Of a stretch of DNA of 64,000 bases, positions 12,061 through 25,399 are shown one piece after another. How positions within the stretch are numbered: the first letter of the stretch is position 1; each line of letters opens with the position of its first letter. Source of the stretch: Oopsacas minuta. Its lineage: Eukaryota > Animalia > Porifera. The translations under genes and the position numbers were made by a program. The stretch spans positions 310,001 to 374,000 of the forward strand of contig JAKMXF010000343.1 in NCBI GenBank assembly GCA_024704765.1. The letters are read 5' to 3'. Below the pieces are notes generated by a model that searched no databases, was not told where the DNA came from, and saw only the letters and a list, made by a program, of their open reading frames with translations.

Positions 12061-13503
12061 ATGATATCTTCAATTGCTAACCCAACTTTTTATCAACAGA
12101 GCAGACAGCATACATTTACTAGCGTTGTACAATTAAGACCTGAAATAATCCCAACACCAGGCCGTACAACTCCAATCCCGTTCCCATTCCCTACACATGC
12201 GACACCCAGTTTCCCACCTCACCATACAAATATCCCATCATACGATCTTAGAAATGAATCCAATATGAATATTAACCCTTTTCACATGCAGGCATCACAA
12301 TATAATAATCCTTGTATTCCAATGTACCATACTAATTCACCTAATATCTCTCCTGTATGGGACTACCCTCAACATCAAACACCACCGCCAGTCCCTCCAA
12401 GACTCCATAGACCTATTATCAAACCTCCAACAATACAGCAACCGTACCCTCAAAATGGAATGTATCATAATAGTCCTTATTTAGAAACGATGCCTCCGTC
12501 TAGGATTAATATCCCGCCTGTACCCAATCTTTTGACACCTTCAGGTGATTTCGCGGGTTTTCGTGAAACAACGATAATCGGTTCTCCCCCGAGGACTGCA
12601 GAACACAAGTTTGAAGACATTCCATTATGGATGAATGAACAAGTCGTGCATTTGCCTCCTGACGTTCTGACATTTATATGCACACGGATAGACAACATGC
12701 CAGCTACTGGTACTACAAGAAATTGGCGGGATCTAGCCAAGAGAGCTGGTTTTCCCGTTCAAATGTCATATGCCAACCATCATACATCAATGCTATTGGA
12801 AGTCTGGCGACCCAGACTATGCATATTAATAGAGAAACTAATCGAGATGGACTGCAAAGAATTAGTCTCTGAGATTATACAAATGTTAAAATCAATCCCT
12901 CCACCAAACTATCCATATCAGCCAAACTATACAATACAAGCTCGTAATACAGTTGGATCAGATATGAGTACACAGCACTCAAAATTATTAAATAATACTG
13001 TGTGCTCGGCGGCTTTCAGTGAAGTATCCAAATATTCCGTTTTAAGGTCGATTTCCCCCTCTCCATCAACATCCACTTCATATACACGCTCTCCTTCTCC
13101 AGAGCTCCCGGAAGTTCAACCTGAAATATATGTTTCGTTTCATAAAAACGATGAAGAATTCGGGAAAGAAATAATACGACAAATCGAGTTATTAAACATT
13201 CCCGTTACTTCTAATCTAGCACTCGTACCAGGTACAAATGAACTCACAGAGATTACAGACAACATAGATAACTGTAAAAAGGTTATTGGTGTAATTTCAC
13301 CTGACTATCTTAGAGATGAAATGCCATTATATGAAGGTATGATTGGAATTAAGAAATCAATTACAGGGAAAAAAAGAACTTTTATTCCATTCCAAGTAAA
13401 ACCGACAGAAAAACTTCCTGGATATTTTTCTTCAATAAAAGCTATTCATTGGTCAGATGAGAGGAAATGGATAGCTTTGAAAATGTCACTCACAAAGAAA
13501 TAA
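12061..13503 (+). CDS. MYD88: MyD88-like adaptor: Pro-rich N-terminus, death domain, Ser-rich linker, C-terminal TIR domain; single coding exon
   Basis: Death-domain-like RNWRDLAKRAGF...LLEVW...LIEKLIEMDC; TIR-like IYVSFHKNDEEFGKEIIRQIE, LVPG, CKKVIGVISPDYL, FIPF. Orthology not tested. Confidence 0.7.
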   Translation: MISSIANPTFYQQSRQHTFTSVVQLRPEIIPTPGRTTPIPFPFPTHATPSFPPHHTNIPSYDLRNESNMNINPFHMQASQYNNPCIPMYHTNSPNISPVWDYPQHQTPPPVPPRLHRPIIKPPTIQQPYPQNGMYHNSPYLETMPPSRINIPPVPNLLTPSGDFAGFRETTIIGSPPRTAEHKFEDIPLWMNEQVVHLPPDVLTFICTRIDNMPATGTTRNWRDLAKRAGFPVQMSYANHHTSMLLEVWRPRLCILIEKLIEMDCKELVSEIIQMLKSIPPPNYPYQPNYTIQARNTVGSDMSTQHSKLLNNTVCSAAFSEVSKYSVLRSISPSPSTSTSYTRSPSPELPEVQPEIYVSFHKNDEEFGKEIIRQIELLNIPVTSNLALVPGTNELTEITDNIDNCKKVIGVISPDYLRDEMPLYEGMIGIKKSITGKKRTFIPFQVKPTEKLPGYFSSIKAIHWSDERKWIALKMSLTKK

Positions 13504-14868
13504 TAAATTCGTATTAAATTGTAATAATTGTATATTTATTTGATATAATAAATTTGAAATACCATCATCTTCCTGAATAAAATGAGAGTAAATGGAATAT
13601 CTTTGCTGTAATTTAGAATAAATTGCTAGAGAGAGAGAGAGAATGGGATGGGATGGGTTCAGAAATTACAAGCATTAGTTCCTCACTAAATGTTGTTGCA
13701 GAATGTATAGAGTATAGGTTTTTTGTGATTTTTTGCGATCTATAATCATTCCTAATAAGAAGTTATAATATTATTGGATCATATATTTTCTGATAAACAT
13801 TCAATAATCCACAATGAATTATATCAACAGGTTAAAGTGTAACCAGATAATATGCAAATAATAGACTCTAAATTAAATCGTGACATCTCTACTCTTATGC
13901 AAAAAGTTAATGAAACTTCATTCCAGAGCCTCTGTCATAAAGAGCGAGATTTCACCTTTAACCCAATTCTAATTAACACTTACCATAAGCGTACCAATAG
14001 GATAAATTAATGTAATTTTTCTGAGTTAAAGTTTAAGCCAAGTTAATTACAACTTTATGTTTCGTAGAGACACACATACAATGATACTGAGAATAAGTAA
14101 AGTTCATAGTAATACTTTCAGTTATAGACTATCGTTAGCAAACTATGAGCCAAGTCTTTCTATTATTAGAATATTAAGGTGGTAATGTGAGATCACCTGA
14201 GATATAGATTAATATAGAAATGTTACTATTATGCAAATCAGCAGGGAATTTCAATAATCATGTGAGATTGTAATTTGTACAATTTAGTTGTTTTGTATTT
14301 TTGCATTAATTGGTTCACTCCACCAAATTACACCGAAGGGACGATGTTTTCAAAGATATTGTTTAGTTGAAAATTGATTTATTCATTTTGAAATTCATCC
14401 CCTCACACGCGGGATTACATATTCAAGTTTGAAAATTTGCAAAATTGAAAATTCTTCCCCACATTTGCACAATCCTCATCGAATCTTAAACATTTTTGTA
14501 TAGGAAATTAGTAGAATATTCATCAAAACATCAAATTAATAATTAGACAATAGATATACATAAATAATATATTAAAATTAAAGTTAATACCAAATAGAGT
14601 AAGAAGTAAAGATAGACGAACTAAACTCTGGACCTTCCTGATTCCTGAGGGTCGAAGTGAACATGGATCTCAGGAATGGCCAAAGGGGAATAATTAAAAA
14701 TGGGAATCCATCTTCTCTTACCAATTGGCAGATTGCGGTAGCGATGAATGGAGCCTGAAGCAGGCATAGCAAGCAAGTGATAAAGTTTAAACAAACTTTT
14801 GATAGCTTTAATATACATAATTGTATATTGATATTGCAGTAAGCTGTAGCACGCGGTTCTATTATAAA

Positions 14869-17800
14869 TTACGAATTATTTGAAACGAGCAGACATGGAT
14901 TAATTGGACGTAGCTTGGGCAAGTCCCGGAAATCTAATTCTATTTGATCTGAAGGTCCGAAGCCGTTTGCTCTCAATTTTTTTATCGGTCTTAACTGTGG
15001 CATATCTCTATGCGGGCTGAACAGAGACCTCAACGGTGGCGGATCATCGTAATACTTTCTGTATAAATCAGCACATCTATTCTTCAAACCAATTTTAGCT
15101 TCGAAGAACTTTTCACGATCTTTAAGATTGAGCGGTGTTAACTTTGGAAGTTCAGAGATATTTACGAAATCATCTGAAAGCTTTCCATTCAAGAATTTAG
15201 TATCTTTTGAGAGTATTTGAGTTGGAATTCGAATCATAAGACACTCGTCATCTTCTTGTTTTTGTTTCTGTCCTGTACTAGGATCCCATACGACCGGTAC
15301 GTTCATATTTTGCGTCGGTTTTTGTTTGACAGGTGCAGTCTCTGTTTGACATTCAGAAGAGGTTGTAGTAGTTATAGCTGATTCGGTTTGTATTTCTAAA
15401 ATCGTGTCTAATTCCGGTTTTGAATTGTCCCATGTATCATCTCCGTCTGTTTGCATTACCCGGTCGACCATAATCGGTTTAAGGGGTTTGGGGACGATTT
15501 TTTGTGGCTGCGGGGGTGGAGAGGTGGAACAGCTGGTGGTCTGCTTCGTAATGGAAGGCTGAGGAGGGGGGCTAGTCGCTGTGCTCATTGTAGCTACCAC
15601 TGGTGATTGTGTCGGTTCAGAAAAATTGAAACTATTCTGTCTGTGTAATGACCCGTTTAATTGAGGTTGCGGAGCTGTTTCTAAGTCTGGAATCATACGT
15701 ACGGTTGCATTAAGATTTGCGATGTTGGTATCAAGGGGTGTACCTTGTAGGTTAGGAGTACTAAATTCAGAAAATGTCCGCGATAGAGAGTTTTTGTTAT
15801 CATTTTCTAAGAGGAGATTGTTGGGAGGAGCCTAGAAATATATTAATCATATTAAAGGCAATTATTCATTCGCCTCAGCAAAATTCCATTAACATAACAT
15901 CTTTCTATTCTGTAAGATGTAATGCTCGAATACTTCTTTCATTTTACAAAAATAGATTTGATTGAAAACATGTCTGAATACAATTACTAGTATTTCCCGA
16001 ATTCCCAAATTCTATATTGTGGCAATTTTCAAATAATAGGTCATTGAAGTAAATCACTTATAAGAACTAATTCTAATATCTCATCGATATCACCCAAACA
16101 GGTCCGCATTAAAGGGTGTGCTATGGGTGCTGCACCACCAGGCCCCCAGACGACTCTTAATGCGGCCAAGCTACCAAACTCTCTGGGATATGAACAATTT
16201 ACTATAATTTGGATACACTTACCAATTGTTGAGTAGGAATTCCATTGAAACGTATAGAATCTCCGTTAACATAGGTTGGTGCTAGTGGTCTATTCATGTG
16301 TGTGGGTAGAGTAGATTGTAGCGGGTAGGCCATCTCCTGGGGATTCTTGGACTCGTGTCTAGGTGTAGATATACGTGCATACCCTGGTGTATTATTCGTA
16401 TTAGGATAATACTGCCCATTGTTAGCTGTATGGTGCATACTTACTGGCATAGAATCTATTGGAAAACGTGATGTCATATCGGTTGCTAGGGTGGAATGCT
16501 CAGTAATGTATAAAGGACTAGAATCGTTATTATTAGACTGGGTATACGGGATCTGCTCTATTGGAGGTCGTATTAGCATTTGTGGATGTTTCTGTGATAA
16601 ATTACAATTCATATTTAATGTATTTATCGGGGGGGTGTTGGGATATGTTTGTTGTTTATTTTGATAGTAGTATGGTATGTTCATAGGATAACGTTGTTTT
16701 TGGTAAACACCTGTGTTTGAATCTATACTATCTTTCCTAGCACTACCTGGCAACATTCCAATCTCACCACTCTGTAACTCAGCTAGAGGAGGTTTGATAC
16801 AACTGGATCTTCTAGTGTCTGGAGTCCTGTAGGGAGCAGCTATAGCCTCATGTAGGGTACTAGGAATTTGTGAGGGGGTGGACCCTTGTATTTGTAACGG
16901 ATCCATTACTGTATTGTGTAGAGGCGTTCTAGAAGGTGAAGAATAGTGGGCTATATTTTCATGGTTAAATTGAGGTTGTTGAGGTAATGTTTGAAATGTA
17001 TAACCTCTGTTATCAAGAGGTGTTGATATATTCTGTTGCTGTTCTGTGTTCTGGAAATGATTTCCGTATGATGATTCGTTTGAGCTAGACCCAACAGGTA
17101 TAATTGTTGGTGTACTTTTGTTTGAACTACCAGGACGGTTTGATAGAGGATTTTGGTATGGAGATTCTCTATCAAATCTCGGAGTTATGTTAGGGACCGG
17201 CAAGGGGGGCGGTCTGGCCTGTAGTTGTAAGTCTAAGAGAGGAGAAATGGATGGACTATCTGACATAGGATAGGTATTCAATCCCTTGAGGATATTATCA
17301 AACTGTGGGGAAGTTGGGCGGGTGGAGAAATCATCACGAGAGTGTGTGTCGTCATCTTCATCAGGAGTACGGGGAGGCCGGGGAGCAGGGGGAGGCTTAT
17401 CGAAACTGTCAAATATTGTGTTATCATCACTTAATTCCTAAATGAATTACAGTGAACTTTGTTAAGTCAATTCAGGGGCACTGGAACAATTCGTCACTAG
17501 TATTTCACTGTTTTACATGGTTTTGTTTCTGGCCAATAGTGACCCGATTCCCTGACAACAGTAGGGAAATTTTGGAATTTTTATACCTGAAAAGTGTTAA
17601 ACTATCAAAATTCTCAGGGAATTGGGTAAACGCAGTGCCAAAATTTCGGTTAATAATTGGCACTACAGTCAATGCTGGTTATAAGGTTCCTATATCCGGT
17701 AAAAATTCAATGGAGTAAGATACAAAAGATTCGGTATATCGAGCTATGGTTCTTATAACCGGTGTTCTTATATCCGGAATCTACTGTATTAAACGAAGTT

Positions 17801-18159
17801 TACATACTACAAATAGCTTAATTCTAAATTCTAGGTAAAAATTTTTGTGGTAAATGGAGCAGGGAGACATAACAACGAATTTCATTTGATTTTGATATAT
17901 ACTTTTGCTAAAAATGGTCATATTTAGAACTGAAAGTTACAATCTAGATATCATGACAACCGGTATGTGTAATAGTTATGTAACATTTAAATAATAAGCA
18001 CAATTATTAATTTAATGCAAATCATATGGAAATGATTATCTTACTGGGTTCATATTATTTGACCACTACTGTATTTTAAACTTTCGAAGACGTATCGCTT
18101 CTCCAAGTATTCGCAGTATGTACCATCAACAAACCTTATCAGAAATACCATTTATTAAG

Positions 18160-18201
<42 letters not shown>

Positions 18202-21200
18202 GAAAGCTCTAAATGTTTAAGAGCTAATCCAGCTCCAGGAGTTTTCGGAACAATATTCATGTCATCCTGAACATCTGATAGATCTGAATCTCTTCCTGGA
18301 GTAACGTTCATTTGTGGTTTACCTCTAAATGGACGTTGTACTGATATATCCATCTCTGATTCATCATCTGATAGGTTAAATTTCATTCCAGGAGGCGGCC
18401 CGGGGGTCTTAGGGATCATTTGTTGTGGACTCATGAGGTCGTCTTGTTGGTCACTAGATGCGTCAGAATTATCATCCATTGGCTCTTCTATAGGGGGAGA
18501 TTCTATCGGGACAGGTTTATGGAGTGCAGGGGATTGAGCATGTGACACTTGTCCTGAGGACTCACTGTCCTCATCGGAAGAGGAGGTACTCTCACTGGAT
18601 GAAGTGTCTGGTGGGTGGAGAGCTTTATCTGCTATCTGTATGGTTAAATATTTCAATATACAAATAATAAAATGCCCAGCCGACAGACTGGTAGTATAGT
18701 TCGGCCTCTGGGTCGTGTTTTATGGACCGAGGGACGTCACACATCGTCCACACACTATTAGGGCATCTCCCTACAGGAGCTGCATTAAAAATTTTTTATT
18801 TAAATAGGCATTTAGTGCCTCAAATAAATATTGTCACTGATATGCTATACTGTCAGCACAGTATTCTAACTTAAATTCATAAATTTAGAATTCTATCAAA
18901 TACCTTCTTTCCCGAAATATTAGGAACATTCCCAGTCTGTGGAGATTTGTTTCTATTTTCTAAGTTCTGTCTTCGCTCATTAGATAGTTTAAGATGAGCT
19001 AGAGGGGGCTGATACTTCTGATGGAACTCTACAATAGTCTTCACTTCTCCTCGCCTAACTGCAGCAGCTGCCTTGTTAGCTAGCTCTGTAGTGAATACAT
19101 AGGCTACTCGTGGATGATCCTGTCCACTACGGGGAGGCTTTGTAACTATTAGAGATTATTTTGTATATGGAGAGACATAATTCTGATAGAAATTAGTGAT
19201 ACATTTAGTAATACATAAAGCGGAACATCAGAGTTATGGTCACCTTTGGGGCAGAAATGTATGGCCATAATTCTGGAATAAATTAATGTTAATGTATGTA
19301 GGAACTGGAATTAAAACGTGGCCGTTAAGCAGGGTGTTCCACTGTGATTACAGTAGATTATAGTGTATTCTGTATAGTAACAGTATAACTCGGATAAGAT
19401 GTACCCATTCGGGAAGCAAAATTCGCACGTAATACCCGAGTGTCAATTATAGTTAGAAAGAATAGTACGTCGTATTCGAGTACTATCGAATCATAATGGA
19501 AATACGTCAGTTTTGTATTAAATTGTTCCATACACAAAACATAAACAAAAATTGAAATCATTTCCAAGAATGAATTAGCGGAAATTACGAAAGGGCGAAG
19601 TACAACGCGAAAAAGTAGGAAATTATGAATTCAGTTCGCTTAATAATACAGCAAAATATGCTTAAACGGAAAGTATCCAAAATCATTATCCGGAAAATAA
19701 CAATCTGTCATTCAGATGTGCAAAAGTTCATATATCTAACCGGAAATCTTTCAAACTTGCAAAAATAGTTTCAATCTTAGACAATTATAATATTTCAAAA
19801 TGCGTAATTTTCTAATAAAATAACAATTCTATCATAAATATAATTATTACTTTCAAGGTAGAAATATTCTAAGAAACGAATAACCAATTTCCTATAACGA
19901 TTAGGTAATATTTCTGTATATGATATGTAGAATGATTATCAATGATATCATAAAACTATGCTAATTGGTATATTAAATATAAATAGGATACATAACATAG
20001 TGATAGATTGGTAACATAGTGTGAATTGTTACAATTAGTGAAGATTTCTAATAATTTTGTAGAGAGAATAAGCATTTTTCCAAAATTTTGTAAATAAAAG
20101 TTATTAACTTAAAGTAGCTAATTGTAGATTGACAGAATAGCAGTTCAGGTCTGGCTCTATTTCACGCGATTACCTTCAATAAGTGTGTGAAAATAGGAAT
20201 TATCGAAAATACCCGAAATTAGCCTGCTGAAAATGTTTAAAGCTACCTGTGAATTTTCCAAAAACTTTATCCAAAAAATATAAGTTTTCACCGCCAAACG
20301 GTTATCAACTACTCCCATGCCAATAAACCATCTCCCGATAAAATCAGATATATCGAACTCCGCATACAGCGGAACCTCGTTAATACGAACTCCAGCTAAA
20401 GCGGCCAATTTTGACCGTCCGTTGCTGTTTCTATTAACGAGATTCCACTGTACATCGAAGTATTTATCGCGGTCCATTTAGCTTCGATATAACTGGAGTT
20501 GATTGTATATTACTAATACATACCTGAACTAGCTTGAGAATTGATATTCTGTGATAGAGATGTAGAATCTGATATCTTAGTAGGAGAATCATCAGATTCA
20601 TCAGAGCTAGTAGATGAATCACTATCAGTACTATCAGTACTACTCTCTTCACTAGATTCTACTGCTGGTAATACAGGCTTAGTAGTGAGAGATGATTGTT
20701 TAGGTAGCTAGAGAGATAAACAATGAATAAACTTGGGCAGTTTCGGGAATTAGGTTTCAATCGATTCAGGGGAGGCCGGGGCCAGGATTTTCAAACTCGG
20801 GGCAAAAGGCAGTGGTGGTTCGAGGTCTAGCAGACCGGGGCAGGACGAGGCACAAAAGCTTTAACCCGGGGGTCAATCCTTTGTTCTTCTCTTTCCTCGC
20901 CTACACCCTCTAAATAAATGAGAGTGAATTTACCAAGAACTGTACCTTTTGTGATTCATTTGACTTTGGTCTAGACACCTGTTTCTGTCCTACAACATTA
21001 AACTTCCCTGCAGTAACAGATACTATCTTCTTACCAGAGAATGTAGCAGTTCGTGGACTCTTCGTTGGATAATCATGTGATTCAAATTGTTCAGGGTCGT
21101 TAGTTTTTTGTGTTTGTTTGTGAGGTGAGTTGTTGTTGTTTAGTTGTGGTCTCTGGAGTGAATGTTTCTTTGGCATATATTTACCACGAGAAGGAGCATG

Positions 21201-23929
21201 ACCAATTGGTATCGTGTCTGTTGTCTATAAAATGCAATATTAATAGTCGATAACTTGTACAGAATATACCATAGATTAATAGAATGATCCAGGTAATTAA
21301 AATATTACCTTTCTATATTCAGAAGTATTGCTCTTAATCTTTGAGGATTTATTGCTATCATTTTTGTTACCCACATCCATATCCCTCCATAGGTTAGGAG
21401 CAGAACTATTATGTCCTGGGGTCTTTGGAACTTCTGGATTATCAGATTCAGAAGATTTTGAGGACCGGAAATGTATAATTTTTGAAGGAGGAGGTTTTGA
21501 ACTAGAACTTTCTGAATCTTCGTTTTCAGAAGATGAACTTAACATAATTCTTATTTTCCTCGTAGGAGATTGCTTCATTTTAGAATTGTGTGAAATATAT
21601 TGAGAATTAGAGGGTTTCAGTACAGTTATCGGTTTTGATTTATCGTCTTTACGTTTCAAATCTAACCTGAAAAGCAATTGACTAATTCTATTCTCTGTAA
21701 AGTAATTATATTATGCTTATTTTAAGAATTCTTTATTTAAAATATGCAGGAATTATAAAATTTCTATTGTCAAGTTTGATTGTTTTTCCAAATAGAATGC
21801 ATTAATTAATGGAGCTTAATTATGTATACTGAGATTATTGCAATCGTAATGCAATTGCCAAAACGATTTTCAAGTTAGTTAGAGTGGTCATTAGTTATTT
21901 AAGTAAACACAATCAACTCCTGTCATATCGAAACTCATAGGATCGCGATAATTACTCCGATATAGCCTTTCATGTTACTTTGACGGTTTAGGATCTTATT
22001 TGTACAATTTCAAACTTCGATATAAGCTGGTATTCTGATACATCTGTGTTGGATATACGGGAGTTGACTGGTCCTATTTCGGTCAGTACGTCTTATTCGG
22101 GTTGTACTATAGTGATAATTATCCTACAACCTACCTTTTAATCTCATCACCATGCTTAGCAATATCCTCCTTTAACATACTATCAGAAGTCTCTTGTACT
22201 TCATATATGACTTTCTTATCAGTACTACTCTTCTGTTTCTTGAATTCATCAACAGTTACTCTAATTGGATTAGATAATCTCTTTGAATATTCTAATGTTA
22301 TATTAGGTGATCCTAGACTTGATTTGAGTTTGTTTAAGATAGGTAATGTGTTCTTCTTAGGTCGGCCACGGTTCGCTTGTACCAATAACGGTTTGTTGGC
22401 TAATTTCTTCTTCGTTTTGTCTGTGGGTCCAGGAGGTCTACCTCGCTTTTTACGTTGTGTAGGCGTGACATCATTAGGTATGTTAGATGGGTCAATGAGT
22501 TTAATATCGGCGGGAGAGTGAGTTGATTCGATTGAGTTGGGTTTTGAAGGTTTGTGTGGTGAATTTGAGAAGTCAGGTGATTGTTTGTGATCTCCTATGG
22601 TTTGTTTGTATAGATAAGGTTTCATATCTTTTGATTTGGGCAATATGCTAGAGTCTTTCTTTATGGAGGAAGCAACCTGGATAAAAATATGAACTGTTAA
22701 AAATTTTTGTTTGAATACATTTTACCAATGACAGAAACCCATGAGGCTATTCTGAGTACCCGACAGGGACCACTGGAAGTTGCTCTAACAAAGTAATTAG
22801 ATATGAAGGCATTGCATGATGTGTTTATCAGAAAACAGTAGTTAACAGTTATGTACAAGAAATACGTATATAGAAATTCGTGCATAAATACTGAGGAAAT
22901 CATATGTAAAGCAAGATATCGACATTTCGTTCCAGATATATATTGAATCAGGTCATTTTGAGGCACTACTCAAGTTGTTGGAGTTGGATTCGATATACCA
23001 TGAATTAGTGGAAATGTCGGAAGTCCAAATCCTGGATACAATTCTCATGAATATTCGGCCTCAAACTTATACTACATGTAAGTTACTAATAAATTGAGTA
23101 ATATTACCCAGTACCTGAATACGTCCATCAAAGCTTTTAGTTAGGCCAGATTCTGTTAATTTCTTATGTTTAGGTTTTTGCTTAGCTTCGAGAGAGGATT
23201 GAAATAATGTAGATGATGATGAATGTATTTTTTGAGATTTCTTGTCGTGATGATGTTTTGAATCAGAAGAACTCCATTCTGACTGTTCTTTGTGTTTCTA
23301 TAAGTTTGTTATGTCAAATATATAATTGAAAGTTCAGAAATTGAGCGGAACCTGGTCACCTCTAAATCACTAATAATAACTCCATTGGGGGTATCAAAAA
23401 GGTTATAATAACAGGAAAACCAGAATACAGTAGACTCCACTTAATAGAGCACATCGGGACTAGGACATTTTGATCCCATTATCCGGGATAAAGGTGTTTT
23501 CTCGCTTAACCCGAGTAAATTAACACTATTTGTATGGTTCAGTTTCTGGACAAGTGGCCCGATTAACCGGAACCTACTTTATATTAAAATAATAATATGA
23601 GTAATTGAGAACCGCACTTAAATCCATAGTATATTACACACAAGTATATTGATAAATATTTCATTACATTCAAACAACATCTTTGGTATATCTCATCTCT
23701 CATACGAAAACTATTAGTTGCAAATATTTACAAGTTAGCATATTTGACGAATTTATAATTAATAACCACTAATTTTGCGTTTTGCGTTTTCAAAGTTATT
23801 TCTATTTTAACACAGAATATAACAGAGTTATCTGAGATTACCACACACAAATTACCAGCTGTAGTATCCACAGCTGGGCTAGTGCAATGTCGCCCAGGCG
23901 GAGAAGTAAATAATAAGCTGACTGGTATA
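14869..23929 (-). CDS. Large low-complexity nuclear protein with AT-hooks and BCL9/Legless HD1 motif. Exons 23929-23856, 23297-23115, 22676-22135, 21687-21309, 21224-20946, 20707-20524, 19145-18904, 18635-18135, 17437-16223, 15831-14869 (about 1500 aa)
   Basis: All junctions are GT-AG and phase-compatible. Contains KKRGRPPG and RGRPKK AT-hooks, Ser/Asp tracts, three PKTPG motifs, Pro/Gln/Asn-rich region, and AYVFTTELANKAAAAVRRGEVKTIVEFH in exon 19145-18904. Confidence 0.75.
18162..18200 (-). repeat. Coding (GAT)n repeat giving a poly-Asp tract
   Basis: (CAT)n on + strand; SDDDDDDDDDDDDDLIN in exon 18635-18135. Confidence 0.9.
20367..20450. mobile_element. 84-bp TA-flanked MITE of a related family
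   Basis: TA-CAGCGGAACCTCGTTAATA ... TATTAACGAGATTCCACTG-TA; related ends near 27601 and 54817. Confidence 0.7.
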
Positions 23930-25399
23930 CTAAAAATGACATTCATTTAAAATAGATTGAAGGCATTTTCAGTGGTTGAACAAATATACTTGTCAATATT
24001 AAAAATTACGCAATGTTGGGTCTTTCATATTTAAGGTAAAATATATGGAAAGAGAGGTATGTAGTGTCGTCATGGCTCAGTGCAGTGGTGATAGAGATAA
24101 ATTCTCATGGTCTAGACATACAAATTAGCCGACAATCTGTTTTGAAATGGCTAACAAGAATAGTCAATAGTTGTAATACAGTGTAACTCAGATAAGACCT
24201 GAAGGAACAACAATTAGTACTATCCTAGAGTACGTCAATCAAATTCAGTTCGGTTCATGTATCACGACCTGGCCGGCTAGTTCCAAACCATTTTCACTTG
24301 TGGACCCAAGACCCTCTGTACTCCCACCTCTGCCACAGACTCGTATAGTATCGTACAATTCTAATGAATTAATAAATGTTTTCTTAAAACTTAATAAATG
24401 AATCGTTAAACTACCACAAGTGCTAGATTGGAATGTCACAATGGGAAAATAGAGAAACCACATAGCTAGTATACGTCTACAAGGAGTTCTCTGAAATATG
24501 GACTATACTGAGAATGTGAACAATAGCGGGATTAACCAACAAATTCATGTGTACAATACGAATATTTCAGAAAAGGAATTGTGTTTTTGGACAATGAATT
24601 TGCTAATACAGTCAACTCCCGTAATATCTAGCACAGATATAAAGAAATATCCGTTTATATCGAGGTCTGTAATTGTATGAATATGGTCCCAAATTGCCAA
24701 GTAATATATATTTTATGGTTTATATCGAACTCAGCTTATCGAAGTAATTATGTTCCCTTTAGCTTCGATAAAATAGGACTTGAATGTGATTAAAATGTAA
24801 AAGAGGAGATGGAATAAGATTTGCTGATCCATTCTAAATTGTATAAAGTTGAGTCGGTTCGGTTCGGTTTAATCGGGACACCGGTAAATAGGATAGGACA
24901 CTTTACCGAGACTCTTTTCAATGAAAGATGCATGCCCACATTGCCCGGTTATAGTACCGAAATTCTGTTTATCAGAAACTCTGCATAACTAGCTTAACAC
25001 AGCCATGAACAAATATGTTCCAAATGAATTAGTGTCGATTATATCAGCTTAATGACGGATTCAATACATTAACACGTCTACTACATACTAGTTTTAGTAA
25101 ATTCCTTTTGTTTTGAGGGGAAAGTATTTGTACTCTAGTTGATAATTATTAAAATTTGGAGGGTGACAACTACACAATAATAAAGGGATAAAAGGCTATT
25201 TCTAGTGCCATGCTATAATCAACTGATGTTATATGGAAGCTCTAGGGACCGCAATAATTACTTCCATATAACCGGTGTAATTCAGGTTACTTTGACTGTT
25301 TGGGATCATTAGTACAATTTCCGACTTCCGATATATTCGTGTTCGATCTAACGAGAGTTGACTGACACTTTCAACTAATGGTTGCATAAGCTATATAAT

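Noticed and set aside
14584-14818. Two overlapping minus-strand short ORFs downstream of the HD1 gene
   Set aside because: No recognisable motif or consistent splice linkage; probably 3' UTR.
15774-15965. + strand ORF beginning CYHFLRGDC, like a CCCH zinc finger
   Set aside because: Lacks the remaining Cys/His and is antisense to a supported exon ending at 15831.
16102-16167. GC-rich segment readable as an extra exon of the HD1 gene
   Set aside because: Exons 17437-16223 and 15831-14869 join in phase without it; it is bounded by CCGCATTAA/TTAATGCGG inverted repeats and is likely a mini-element.
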